Assembly: GCA_022822365.1 (NCBI GenBank)
Contig: JAJEBV010000015.1
Span: forward strand, 157,688-221,687
Origin: Thermoanaerobaculia bacterium
GTDB taxonomy: Bacteria; Acidobacteriota; Thermoanaerobaculia; Multivoradales; Multivoraceae
Direction of reading: 5' to 3'
Length of the DNA stretch: 64,000 nucleotides
The position numbers and the translations under genes are program-made. Positions 55,781 to 64,000 of this stretch are shown in pieces. Position 1 is the first letter of the stretch, and each line of letters starts with the position of its first letter. The notes beneath the pieces were generated by a model, which was not told the origin of the DNA, did no database searches, and saw only the letters and a program-made list of their open reading frames with translations.

Positions 55781-56470
55781 TCAAGCCGCCGTCAGATCGA
55801 TGGGCTCCTGCTTCACGATCTTCCGGCAGATCGTGAGGCACGGCTGAAAGCTGTCCCGCCCTGTCAAGCGCTCAACGAGGCCGGCCACTCCGGGCCACCG
55901 CGACGCGTCGAGCGGACCGGCGACGAACTCGAACTGCGCGATCTGACACGCGAGCGAGATATCCGCGATCGTCAGCGCGTCTCCCACCAGGAACGGCTCG
56001 TCGCCGACTTCGCCCTCGAGATAGTCGAGACGCCGTGGAAGCCGCTCCTCGTACGTCTTCCTGGCCGTGTCGACGTCGGGCTCCTTGCCCATGAAGCGGT
56101 TGAACTGGATCGGGCGGAAGATCCCGAGGCCGATCGCCATCGCCAGCTCGGTGTCGCAGTACTCCTCCAGCCAGACCGCGCGACCGCGTTCGTAGGGGTC
56201 CGCCGGATAGAACGCGGGCTCCGGGAACTTCTGCTCGACGTAGGCGCAGATCGCCGACGAATCGGGGATCGTGCCAGGCGGACCTTCCTCGCCGACGTCC
56301 GTGTCGCGCAACACCGGAATCCGACGGGCCGGACTGATCTCCTTGAACCAGTCGGGCATCGGCATGATGTTCACGCTCTCCAGCTCGAAGGGCGCGCCCT
56401 TCTCGCGCAGCAGGACATCCGCCTTTCGAACGAAAGGAGAGAGGGGGGCTCCGTAGAGGATGAGGCCCAT
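55781..56470 (-). CDS. Glutathione S-transferase family protein
   Basis: SPFVRK, SPARRIPVL, DSSAICAY, LTIADI. Confidence 0.9.
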   Translation of the reverse strand: MGLILYGAPLSPFVRKADVLLREKGAPFELESVNIMPMPDWFKEISPARRIPVLRDTDVGEEGPPGTIPDSSAICAYVEQKFPEPAFYPADPYERGRAVWLEEYCDTELAMAIGLGIFRPIQFNRFMGKEPDVDTARKTYEERLPRRLDYLEGEVGDEPFLVGDALTIADISLACQIAQFEFVAGPLDASRWPGVAGLVERLTGRDSFQPCLTICRKIVKQEPIDLTAA

Positions 56471-56481
56471 CCTGGCGGCGC

Positions 56482-57687
56482 CTAGCGCCCCGGCATCACC
56501 AGCGGTTCGATCGGCACTTCGATCGTGACGGTCTCTTCCTTCGGCACGTAGCAGACCGTCTCGCTGCAGGCCTGGTAGACGACGTCGACCGGAATCTCGA
56601 TCGAGGTCGGCTTGTCCTGAATCGGCCAGTTGAGAATCTCGGCGTTCAGCGCGATCGGGATGGCGATGTCGGTCACGCCTTCCTCGTAGACGTTGAGCGT
56701 CACGTCGAGCTGGGGGAACTCACGCTTACGGGTCGCCGGGTAGACCGGCTCGCCCAGCCGCACGCCCTTGGTCGGCACGACGGTCGCCGTCGATGCGATG
56801 AAACCGTCGGGCAGGGGGTCGGCGTAGATGTGGTAGCCGTCGGCGACGTCGAAGCGCACATGGAGGGTGCTCGAGTACTCGAACTTGAGCGCCTCGTCGG
56901 CGAGGAAGACGGACACCTCGACGTGCTCGTCGCCCAGTTCGGCGGTCGGCGCCTCGTGCTTGGCGAGGATGCGGCCGATCGCGCTGTCGCGAATCGTCCC
57001 GGCCGACGTGCGCGTCGCGTAGTGGCGGTGGAAGAACTTCTCCGTCACGCGGCCCTCACCGTCGGTGACGTAGACGCCAGGGAAGGGAATGCCGTAGAAG
57101 CCCCGCTCGGTGGCGCGGTTGAACACATCCGAGTCGGGGTCGATCGTCGTGTTCAGGATGCCGAAGCGCTTGATGACTTCCGAGTCGTAGTCGGAGAGCA
57201 GGTCATAAGAGATGTCCTTGCTGTCGGCGAAGGCCTTCAGATGCTGCTCCGAGTCGTAGCTGACGCCATAAACCTTGATGCCCTCGGCGTCGAAGAGCGA
57301 GATGTTCTCTTGCAGCTCGACCAGCTGCGTGCGGCAGTACGGTCACCAGACGGCGGAGCGGTAGAAGACCACGATGGCCTTCGAGTCGCCCCGGTCCGCG
57401 TGGAAGTCGACGAGTTCGCCGTTCTGGTTCGGCAGCTCGAACTCGGGCAGGCGCTCGCCGATCGCGGGACCGGTCGGGAACTCGTGGTCCGCCGGATAGC
57501 GCCGTCCCGGGTGGCTCGTCGGAATGGGCACCGTGATGCCGAGGTCGTCCTGCCGTGCCTCCGGCGACTGGTTCTCGTGAGCGCCCTTCACTCTCTCATT
57601 CTCGTTCCCGGCGCCGTCCTGGGCGAAGGCCGGAACGGCGAAGAGCAGCGGGACAAGGGCGAGCAAGGCGAATCGGCCTGTCTTCAT
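56482..57687 (-). CDS. Exported selenoprotein: AhpC/TSA-type UxxC domain fused to a DsbD N-terminal-like domain (in-frame UGA at 57343-57345)
   Basis: ORFs 57343-57687 and 56482-57126 are in the same frame. Read-through gives FYRSAVW-U-PYCRTQLVELQE...VYGVSYD...LLSD...FG, then HIYADP...YQACSETVCYVP. Confidence 0.88.
57312..57328 (-). promoter_or_regulatory. Putative bacterial SECIS element
   Basis: mRNA GCAGCU-GGUCG-AGCUGC, a 6-bp stem at +15 to +31 after the UGA. Confidence 0.7.
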
Positions 57688-57705
57688 GGGTCGAACGCTC
57701 CCTCT
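57684..57705 (-). repeat. 22-nt direct repeat copy B (leader and start of the selenoprotein gene)
   Basis: Identical to 55724-55745. Confidence 0.9.
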
Positions 57706-57830
57706 GACGGTGGTTGCGCTGTACGGGTTCGGGGTCAGCGACGGTACCAGCCATGCCGTGGAGGCTCAACCGGCAACCTGCTGCAACGCGTAGGATACGC
57801 CCTTCAATCCACCGGAAGGATAAAGAGATC

Positions 57831-59495
57831 ATGAGACGACGCTCCGGAGTGACTCGACGCGGTCTGGTCGGCCTCGGTCTCGCGATTGTCCTCGCGGGAG
57901 GCGCCGCGGGCGCGGCTGCCTACCGGCAGGGCACGACCCAACTCGCGCAGCAGCAGCCCGCCATCGGTCCGACCCAGACGATCGACTGGCAGTCGGGCGC
58001 CGACCCCATGGGCCGACCCGCCGCGGAGAGGCCGCCCAACATCGTCGTCATCCTCGCCGACGACCTGGGCTGGAACGACCTGAGCTGGCTCGGCGGCGGA
58101 GTCGCTGGCGGCACGGTGCCGACCCCGAACATCGACTCGCTGGCCCGCGATGGCGTCCACTTCGCCAACGGCTACTCGGCCAACGGCACCTGCGCTCCGT
58201 CGCGGGCCGCCCTGATGACGGGCCGCTACGGCACCCGCTTCGGTTTCGAGTTCACGCCGACGCCGGACGGATTCGCCACGATGGTGCCCCGGCTCTCGAA
58301 CCGGGAAGGCCGGCTCCGGCAGACGAGCGCCAACGAGGAAGCGTCTTCGGTTCCGTTCGCGGACAAGGGGATGCCGCCCTCCGAGATCACGCTCGCCGAG
58401 CTGCTCAAGCCGGCCGGCTACCACACCGTGCACATCGGCAAGTGGCACCTCGGCGGGGCCGACGGCATGCGAGCCCACGAGCAGGGCTTCGACGAGAGCC
58501 TGCTCATGAGGAGCGGCCTGTACCTGCCCGAGGACGACCCGAACGTCGTCAACTCGAAGCAGGAGTTCGACGGCATCGACCGCTTCCTGTGGCGCTTCTC
58601 GCGCTTCGAGGCTTCGTTCAACGACAGCCCAGCCTTCGAACCCGGCGGGTACCTGACCGACTACTACACCGACCAGGCGGTTCAGGTGATCGAGGCGAAC
58701 AAGGACCGGCCCTTCCTTCTCTACCTGGCGCACTGGGCGGTGCATACGCCGCTCCAGGCGCTGCGCGCCGACTACGAGGCGCTGTACCACATCGAGGAGC
58801 ATCGCCTGCGGGTCTACGCCGCGATGGTCCGCTCGCTCGACCGCAGCGTCGGCCGGGTGCTCGAGGCGCTGCGCGAGAACGGCCTCGAAGAGAACACGCT
58901 CGTCTTCTTCACCTCCGACAACGGGGCGCCGGCCTACATCGGCCTGCCGCGCGTCAACGAGCCGTTCCGGGGCTGGAAGATCAGCTTCTTCGAGGGAGGC
59001 ATCCACGTGCCCTACCTCCTGAAGTGGCCGGCCCGTCTCAGCGGAGGTCAGGTCTACGAAGCTCCCGTGCACGGCTTCGACATCTTCTCGACCGCGGCGG
59101 CCGCGGCGGGCGTCGACCTGCCCGGCGACCGGAAGATGGACGGAGTCGACCTGGTGCCGCACGTCCTGGGCAAGGCCGAGGGCCCGCCGCACGACCGTCT
59201 CTTCTGGCGCACCGGCGGCTATCAGGTCGTCCTCGCCGACGGCTGGAAACTCCAGATCAGCGATCCGCCCGGGAGAGCATGGCTCTTCAACATGGAGAAG
59301 GATCCCACCGAGCAGCACAACCTCGCCGACACCGAGCCGGAGCGGGTCGCGGCCCTGAAGAAGCTCCTCGCCGAGCACAACAAAGAGCAGGCGACGCCGA
59401 TCTGGCCGTGGGCCACCCGAAGCCCGATCAACATCGACAAGACGCTGCTCGATCCGGACGCGCCGGACGACGAGTACATCTACTGGTACAACTGA
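57831..59495 (+). CDS. Sulfatase with Tat-like leader
   Basis: TRRGL, ADDLGW, CAPSRAALMTG, GKWHLG, SDNG. Start moved to ATG 57831. Confidence 0.92.
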   Translation: MRRRSGVTRRGLVGLGLAIVLAGGAAGAAAYRQGTTQLAQQQPAIGPTQTIDWQSGADPMGRPAAERPPNIVVILADDLGWNDLSWLGGGVAGGTVPTPNIDSLARDGVHFANGYSANGTCAPSRAALMTGRYGTRFGFEFTPTPDGFATMVPRLSNREGRLRQTSANEEASSVPFADKGMPPSEITLAELLKPAGYHTVHIGKWHLGGADGMRAHEQGFDESLLMRSGLYLPEDDPNVVNSKQEFDGIDRFLWRFSRFEASFNDSPAFEPGGYLTDYYTDQAVQVIEANKDRPFLLYLAHWAVHTPLQALRADYEALYHIEEHRLRVYAAMVRSLDRSVGRVLEALRENGLEENTLVFFTSDNGAPAYIGLPRVNEPFRGWKISFFEGGIHVPYLLKWPARLSGGQVYEAPVHGFDIFSTAAAAAGVDLPGDRKMDGVDLVPHVLGKAEGPPHDRLFWRTGGYQVVLADGWKLQISDPPGRAWLFNMEKDPTEQHNLADTEPERVAALKKLLAEHNKEQATPIWPWATRSPINIDKTLLDPDAPDDEYIYWYN

Positions 59496-59555
59496 GCGGG
59501 GCTGAGAGCGCCCCTACCCTTGAGCGGGCAGGTTCTCCGTTAGGGCTTCGGTGGG

Positions 59556-60587
59556 CTAATCGTCGCCGTCACCAGCCTTCAGCACGTGGACGAGGAAGTC
59601 GACCGCCTGCTGGTTGTAGATGGACGGAGTCGCCGTCGGGAGCTTGCCACTCGCCTTGTACTCGTCCGCCTGCTTCTTGTTCCGGAAGTTGTAGGCAGAG
59701 TAGTCCCGGTTGCTCTTGAGATCGTTTTCCCGGATAGCAGCCCAGATCTGGTTCTGCTTCGCTCCTGACGCCTCCTGCACGGCCTGAGCGAGCTCCATCG
59801 CCGAGAGAGGATACTCACGGATGAGGTTCTCTCGGACCCGCTTCACGATCTCGACCTTGTCGATCGGGCGCACGTCGCCGACGAGCTTGAGTGTCGGTGC
59901 ACCGAAGCGTTCCTCAAAATCTCCCTCTTTGATGAAACGCAGCTTGCTCGCCAACTGGTCCTCAACTACGAGGACCTGGGCATCATGCTTCCGTATCAAA
60001 GCCCGCTCGGTATCGAGCACGGCCGCGTTACCTGGACCCGCGGCTCCGATCTTCTGGACCAAGTCGAGCCACTCCTGGTTGTTCCGCTCGATCCGCCGAT
60101 CGATGATCCTCTCGAGTTCCCCGTACTGAACTCGCTGCGTTCGGCCGCCGTAGCGATAGTAGATCTCGCCGTTCTTGATCTCCGGCCCCTTACCTGCGTC
60201 CTTCTTCGCAACCACGGGCTTCTGTCCCGCAGGGCTCACCCGGAAGACACCGAACACCCTCCCTTCTATCTCGAAGCTGGCCTGTTCCCAGTCAACCGAG
60301 GGGGAGAAGTAGTCCAGCAGGTACCCGCTGATCCTCTCCGGATCGATCTTCTCGAACTGGTCTCGCGCGGAGTCCGACAACCCGGCTGGGATTCTTGGCG
60401 AGTCCGTAACGCCAAACACGAGATAGCCGCCGCGGTTGTTGGCAAAGCCCGCGAAGTCACGAAAGTACTCGGCGAGGCCAGCAAGATTGAACTGCTCCTT
60501 GAACTCCAGCTCTTGGCTTTCTCGGTGAAAGAGCCGGCCGTCGGGCTTCACTCGGAGCACTTCACGGATGTGGTCAGGGTCGATCAA
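59556..60587 (-). CDS. Schlafen/AlbA_2 domain protein with an uncharacterised C-terminal region
   Basis: RESQELEFKE, AGFANNRGGYLVFGVTD, YYRYGG. Confidence 0.85.
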   Translation of the reverse strand: MIDPDHIREVLRVKPDGRLFHRESQELEFKEQFNLAGLAEYFRDFAGFANNRGGYLVFGVTDSPRIPAGLSDSARDQFEKIDPERISGYLLDYFSPSVDWEQASFEIEGRVFGVFRVSPAGQKPVVAKKDAGKGPEIKNGEIYYRYGGRTQRVQYGELERIIDRRIERNNQEWLDLVQKIGAAGPGNAAVLDTERALIRKHDAQVLVVEDQLASKLRFIKEGDFEERFGAPTLKLVGDVRPIDKVEIVKRVRENLIREYPLSAMELAQAVQEASGAKQNQIWAAIRENDLKSNRDYSAYNFRNKKQADEYKASGKLPTATPSIYNQQAVDFLVHVLKAGDGDD

Positions 60588-60661
60588 GGACTAGCGAGAG
60601 GTCGAGGAGTTGTTGAAGTGAATCACGCGGCGAACCCTCTTGGGTGCTCAACGTGAACCGT

Positions 60662-61618
60662 TCACCGTGGACCGCCCCCGATCTTCCGCATTCCCATCAG
60701 TTCAACCGGCGTTCCAACGAGGTCGAAATCACTCGGAGGCTCCTGGGCGTACTGCTTCCACCGATGTCTGTACTGCTGTTCCGACAGCAGGGTGATGTCG
60801 TCGGTTGCACCGGCATCGCCGGTGTCGAGGCCAGCTCCGAACTGAATGCCGCAGAGTTCGGTCAGCACATACCGGTTGTGCATTTGGTCGCGGCCGTTCT
60901 TACGCTCGAGCCGCCGGACAACGACCCTTAGGCCCTCCGGGACGCGTCGGGGGAGCTTCTCCTTGCATGCGTCACGAAAGTACTCGTGGGTGCCCCGATT
61001 ACGGGAAAAGTCGGTGAGGATGGTGAGTTGCTCTGGTGGAAGACCCGGTCTGCTGCGCGACATGCGCTCGCAGAAGCTCTCGAGCACTTCCAGGTTCTCG
61101 GATCGCTTCGGTCGGAAATAGGGGTCCACGAGGACAATGCGCTTGCTCAGTCGGAGTGTCGAAGCGATGGCGTCAGCCATTGCTTCCGCCCGCCTGTCGA
61201 CGACGACGCCCCGCGTCACCTGCCAAAGCGGGTCGTCGTCGATGTCGTCGTGGAGCAGAACGGCCGCGTGCCCTCCCGGATTCGAGCCAGCGACGATCGC
61301 GCGAAAGGGACAGCGTTCGTGTTCTCGTAGCGCGCTGGCTAGCCAATCGACGTTCGTGCCCGGCTTCCGCTCGGCGTCCGACCGATCGATCATCCGGCGC
61401 TTGAGCTTGCGAAGGAGCAGCTTCAACTGAGTCCTACGTCGCGTGCTCCCTGCGTACTCAGATTCGTTGAAGGCGTCCAGTACGTCGTTGCGCCATTGGG
61501 CCGGCCAGCGGGACACGACCCGTCCACCGTCCATCGAGAACTGGCTCCTGTAGTAGCGAGCCTGGTCTTCGGTCCATGTGCCAACCAGGCGGGGCTCCAA
61601 CGCAAACTCCCGGATCAT
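60662..61618 (-). CDS. Hypothetical protein with a PLD-like C-terminal domain (nuclease candidate)
   Basis: IVLVDPYF and HNRYVLT...GAGLD resemble DPY / H(D/N)R / GLD motifs of divergent PLD-fold domains; 2 nt from the ATPase stop. Confidence 0.7.
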   Translation of the reverse strand: MIREFALEPRLVGTWTEDQARYYRSQFSMDGGRVVSRWPAQWRNDVLDAFNESEYAGSTRRRTQLKLLLRKLKRRMIDRSDAERKPGTNVDWLASALREHERCPFRAIVAGSNPGGHAAVLLHDDIDDDPLWQVTRGVVVDRRAEAMADAIASTLRLSKRIVLVDPYFRPKRSENLEVLESFCERMSRSRPGLPPEQLTILTDFSRNRGTHEYFRDACKEKLPRRVPEGLRVVVRRLERKNGRDQMHNRYVLTELCGIQFGAGLDTGDAGATDDITLLSEQQYRHRWKQYAQEPPSDFDLVGTPVELMGMRKIGGGPR

Positions 61619-61620
61619 CC

Positions 61621-63420
61621 TCAGAACAGTTCCTCTTCGCGCTCGTCAAAGAACCCATCCGGCCAAGGGTGTTCGAAGTCGCCGTCCGGCGTGGTGGGCA
61701 GGTGGACGATCTCGGCCCCGTCAGGGCCCGGCTGGATGTACAAAACGGCGACATCCTCCGGGCAAACCGCCGGCTTGCCGTCCAGTTCGCCGTCTGTCGT
61801 CTCCCGGATGCGACGCAGGATGCGGAGAATCAGATGCTCGCTATGCGTCTCGATAAGGAATCGGTTGCCGGACTCGCCTAGTGCCGACTCAAGAAACACG
61901 TCCCCAAGTTCCGCCTGAAGGGCCGGATGCAGGTGGATTTCGGGCTGCTCGATGGCGATCAGTTTGGCAGAAGATGCGTACGCCGACACCAGCACTGGAA
62001 GCACCTGACTCACGCCGAATCCCACGTCGCGGTGGCTGACAGGAGTGGTGGAGCGCTTGGCTATCAGCACCAAGTCTTGATGGGCCTCGCCGCGCGACAC
62101 GACTTCCGCAACGATCTCACGGACCCATTCGTCCGCGACGACGTCGGCGTCGACAATGGCGTCCACGACTTCTCCGACAGCCAGCAACGTCTCGTCGAGA
62201 GCCCCGCTCTCGACGTCTGGCCCCAAGTCCGCGTGCTGGCGGATCAGATCCAGCACCGAAGCAAGCTCGGCCGACAGCGGGCCGTCGCGCTCCGTTTGTT
62301 CGAGCACAGATAGCGCGAGTTCGTAGAGCTTGGGACCGAGCCTCTTCGCCAAGGGAGCGTCAAGGACGTCGGCGGGGAGCAGATCTCGAAGCCGGAGTTC
62401 GTAAGGCGTCTTGAGATCTCCCAGCCATCGGTTCACTCGATCCCTGATGTCGCTCCGACTTCGGACGACGTCCCACGCCCAGCCGCCTCCGGCAATCCAG
62501 TTCGGGTCGTGGTGTTGGGGGGACATCAGACTCCGGGGTGGATACGACCGGAGGGGCCCCAGGTAGAGCAGCCTGCGGATCTCCTCTTCCAGCACCTCGG
62601 AGAGGCCGCCCAGCAGCTCGCGCAACACATCCGGCAGCAAGTGCCGCGCTGCCTGGGCCAGGTTCTCCTGCCTGTAGCCGCGGCCGATCGGCCGGAAGGT
62701 GCTCTCGGTTGCAACCTGCTCGGTACGCAGAAACATGCCGCCACTCCGTCTAACGGCGATCTGCGGCACGAGTTGATCCACGACTTCGGCGAAAGTGGCC
62801 AGATCCTCATCCTGGAGGTCTTGAGCGGTGGTTGAGAACTCCAAGACCCCTCGAAACGCCTCGCGGAAGACCGGGTGTGAATGGTCGGCGCGGTCCAACT
62901 GGAGGCCCGCGCCCCGACGGACGCTCAGAGCGAGCAGCTCCCGACCGTCGGCACCAACCGCGAAACGCTGGGCTCCGACCTGGCCGTCCCGGTAGGCGCC
63001 TTCCATGCCGACGCCAACCTCAACCTCCACCCTTTGCGCCGAGCCCAGAATCTCCGCCAATCTCCCTGAGAGCTTGGCCGGATCCAGCGCGAAAGTCAGG
63101 GTCACCTCCTCGTCCACCCGCCGACGATGCACGTACTGCCCGAAACCTCCCAAGTCGATGGAGTCTCCTCCTAGGCGTGTCCGGTGGACGTCCAAGTCGC
63201 CGGTCTCGACCGCGTGGTGGGCGAGAGCCAAGGCATGAAGGACGCTCGACTTGCCGGCGCTGTTGGCGCCGAAGAGGAGCGTCAGGGGCCGCAGCGGCAC
63301 GCGCTGCGATTGCCCGAACGCCTTGAAGTTGGCGACGCGAAGGGAGTTGAAGGCGCTCAAGATTCCGTACCTGAGGTCGCCCACGGGGGCCGGAAGTCGC
63401 GACTCCATGCCAGGAGGCAA
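61621..63420 (-). CDS. ABC/SMC-type AAA_21 ATPase with C-terminal DUF3696
   Basis: NFKAF, GANSAGKS (Walker A), DVGFGVSQVLP, IEQPEIHLHP, IETHSEH, WPDGFFDE. Start uncertain. Confidence 0.9.
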   Translation of the reverse strand: MPPGMESRLPAPVGDLRYGILSAFNSLRVANFKAFGQSQRVPLRPLTLLFGANSAGKSSVLHALALAHHAVETGDLDVHRTRLGGDSIDLGGFGQYVHRRRVDEEVTLTFALDPAKLSGRLAEILGSAQRVEVEVGVGMEGAYRDGQVGAQRFAVGADGRELLALSVRRGAGLQLDRADHSHPVFREAFRGVLEFSTTAQDLQDEDLATFAEVVDQLVPQIAVRRSGGMFLRTEQVATESTFRPIGRGYRQENLAQAARHLLPDVLRELLGGLSEVLEEEIRRLLYLGPLRSYPPRSLMSPQHHDPNWIAGGGWAWDVVRSRSDIRDRVNRWLGDLKTPYELRLRDLLPADVLDAPLAKRLGPKLYELALSVLEQTERDGPLSAELASVLDLIRQHADLGPDVESGALDETLLAVGEVVDAIVDADVVADEWVREIVAEVVSRGEAHQDLVLIAKRSTTPVSHRDVGFGVSQVLPVLVSAYASSAKLIAIEQPEIHLHPALQAELGDVFLESALGESGNRFLIETHSEHLILRILRRIRETTDGELDGKPAVCPEDVAVLYIQPGPDGAEIVHLPTTPDGDFEHPWPDGFFDEREEELF

Positions 63421-63441
63421 CGAGCAACCAGTGAACGGTGG

Positions 63442-64000
63442 TCACGACTCATCGAGACCCCCATCGCCGACCCGTTCGTGGGCAGCCAGCAAGTACTGGA
63501 TGTAGGTCCGGATGAGGTCGCAGAAGAGTCGAGCCTCGTGCTCCTCAATGTCCGCAGGGTCGGCGATGTCCGTTCCGTGGCGAATGCCGCCACCTGTTGG
63601 CGACGAGAGGTAACCGTAAAGTCCCATGGCCCATCCGAGAACCTGCTCGAGGGCGCCCCCCTTGTGGATCCTGCGAAGGTCATGCACGATCTGGCTGAAG
63701 TACTTGCCTTCGACGGAACCGGAGGACGTGGCCATTCCCTTGAAGGCCGTCGCTACGGTCTCCATCAGCCAGAGAACCTCCTGAACGGCCTGCCGGTAAC
63801 TCCCGTCGTTCAAGAGCCTCTCTGAGTTCTGGAGGGAGCGTTGGATCAGCGCGTTCGTTCTCTCGCTGGCCGTTGGGGCCGAGACGGCGACGGGCTCGAC
63901 ACCAACCGTCGCTCGGATGATCTTGGGCGGATCAACTTGGAATCCCGTCCCGTGCTGACGCAGCACGCGATTGACATCCGGCACACTGGCCACTGGGGCA
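63442..64000 (-). CDS. AbiJ-like / HEPN-type C-terminal domain protein (5' end off the window)
   Basis: The frame stays open to the window edge; LYGYLSSPTGGGIRHG...EARLF...YIQYL resembles AbiJ C-terminal domains. Confidence 0.6.
   Translation of the reverse strand, partial: APVASVPDVNRVLRQHGTGFQVDPPKIIRATVGVEPVAVSAPTASERTNALIQRSLQNSERLLNDGSYRQAVQEVLWLMETVATAFKGMATSSGSVEGKYFSQIVHDLRRIHKGGALEQVLGWAMGLYGYLSSPTGGGIRHGTDIADPADIEEHEARLFCDLIRTYIQYLLAAHERVGDGGLDES

Overview
High-GC (about 70%) bacterial chromosome segment. Gene content and order (amidase-GerMN-murI-rph, split atp operon, several sulfatases and PQQ-propeller proteins) suggest an Acidobacteriota, possibly a Thermoanaerobaculia-like marine or host-associated MAG; this placement is inference. 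Core genes: atpF'-atpF-atpH-atpA-atpG-atpD-atpC, murI, rph, mpl, amidase, pgi-like, degP-like, iorAB-like oxidoreductase, hmgA, ftcD, three sulfatases, and tRNA-Gln(CUG), tRNA-Ser(GCU) and tRNA-Glu(CUC). Features the ORF track misses or breaks: (i) two thioredoxin-fold selenoproteins split by in-frame UGA, each followed by a hairpin of identical geometry (14-nt spacer, 6-bp stem, 5-nt loop); (ii) a multiheme cytochrome running off the left edge; (iii) four copies of a triple-hairpin REP-like repeat; (iv) a 22-nt direct repeat that is the leader of two different genes and brackets a selenoprotein-GST block; (v) a 33-aa heptad-repeat ORF facing atpC. Candidate defence loci: a Schlafen/AlbA_2-ATPase-Ig-like gene starting 7 nt behind the CCA end of tRNA-Ser, and a lower-GC four-gene cluster at the right edge (AbiJ/HEPN-like, AAA_21-DUF3696 ATPase, PLD-like nuclease candidate, Schlafen/AlbA_2). 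No CRISPR array, integrase or transposase was seen. All family assignments come from motif recognition by eye, not database searches.
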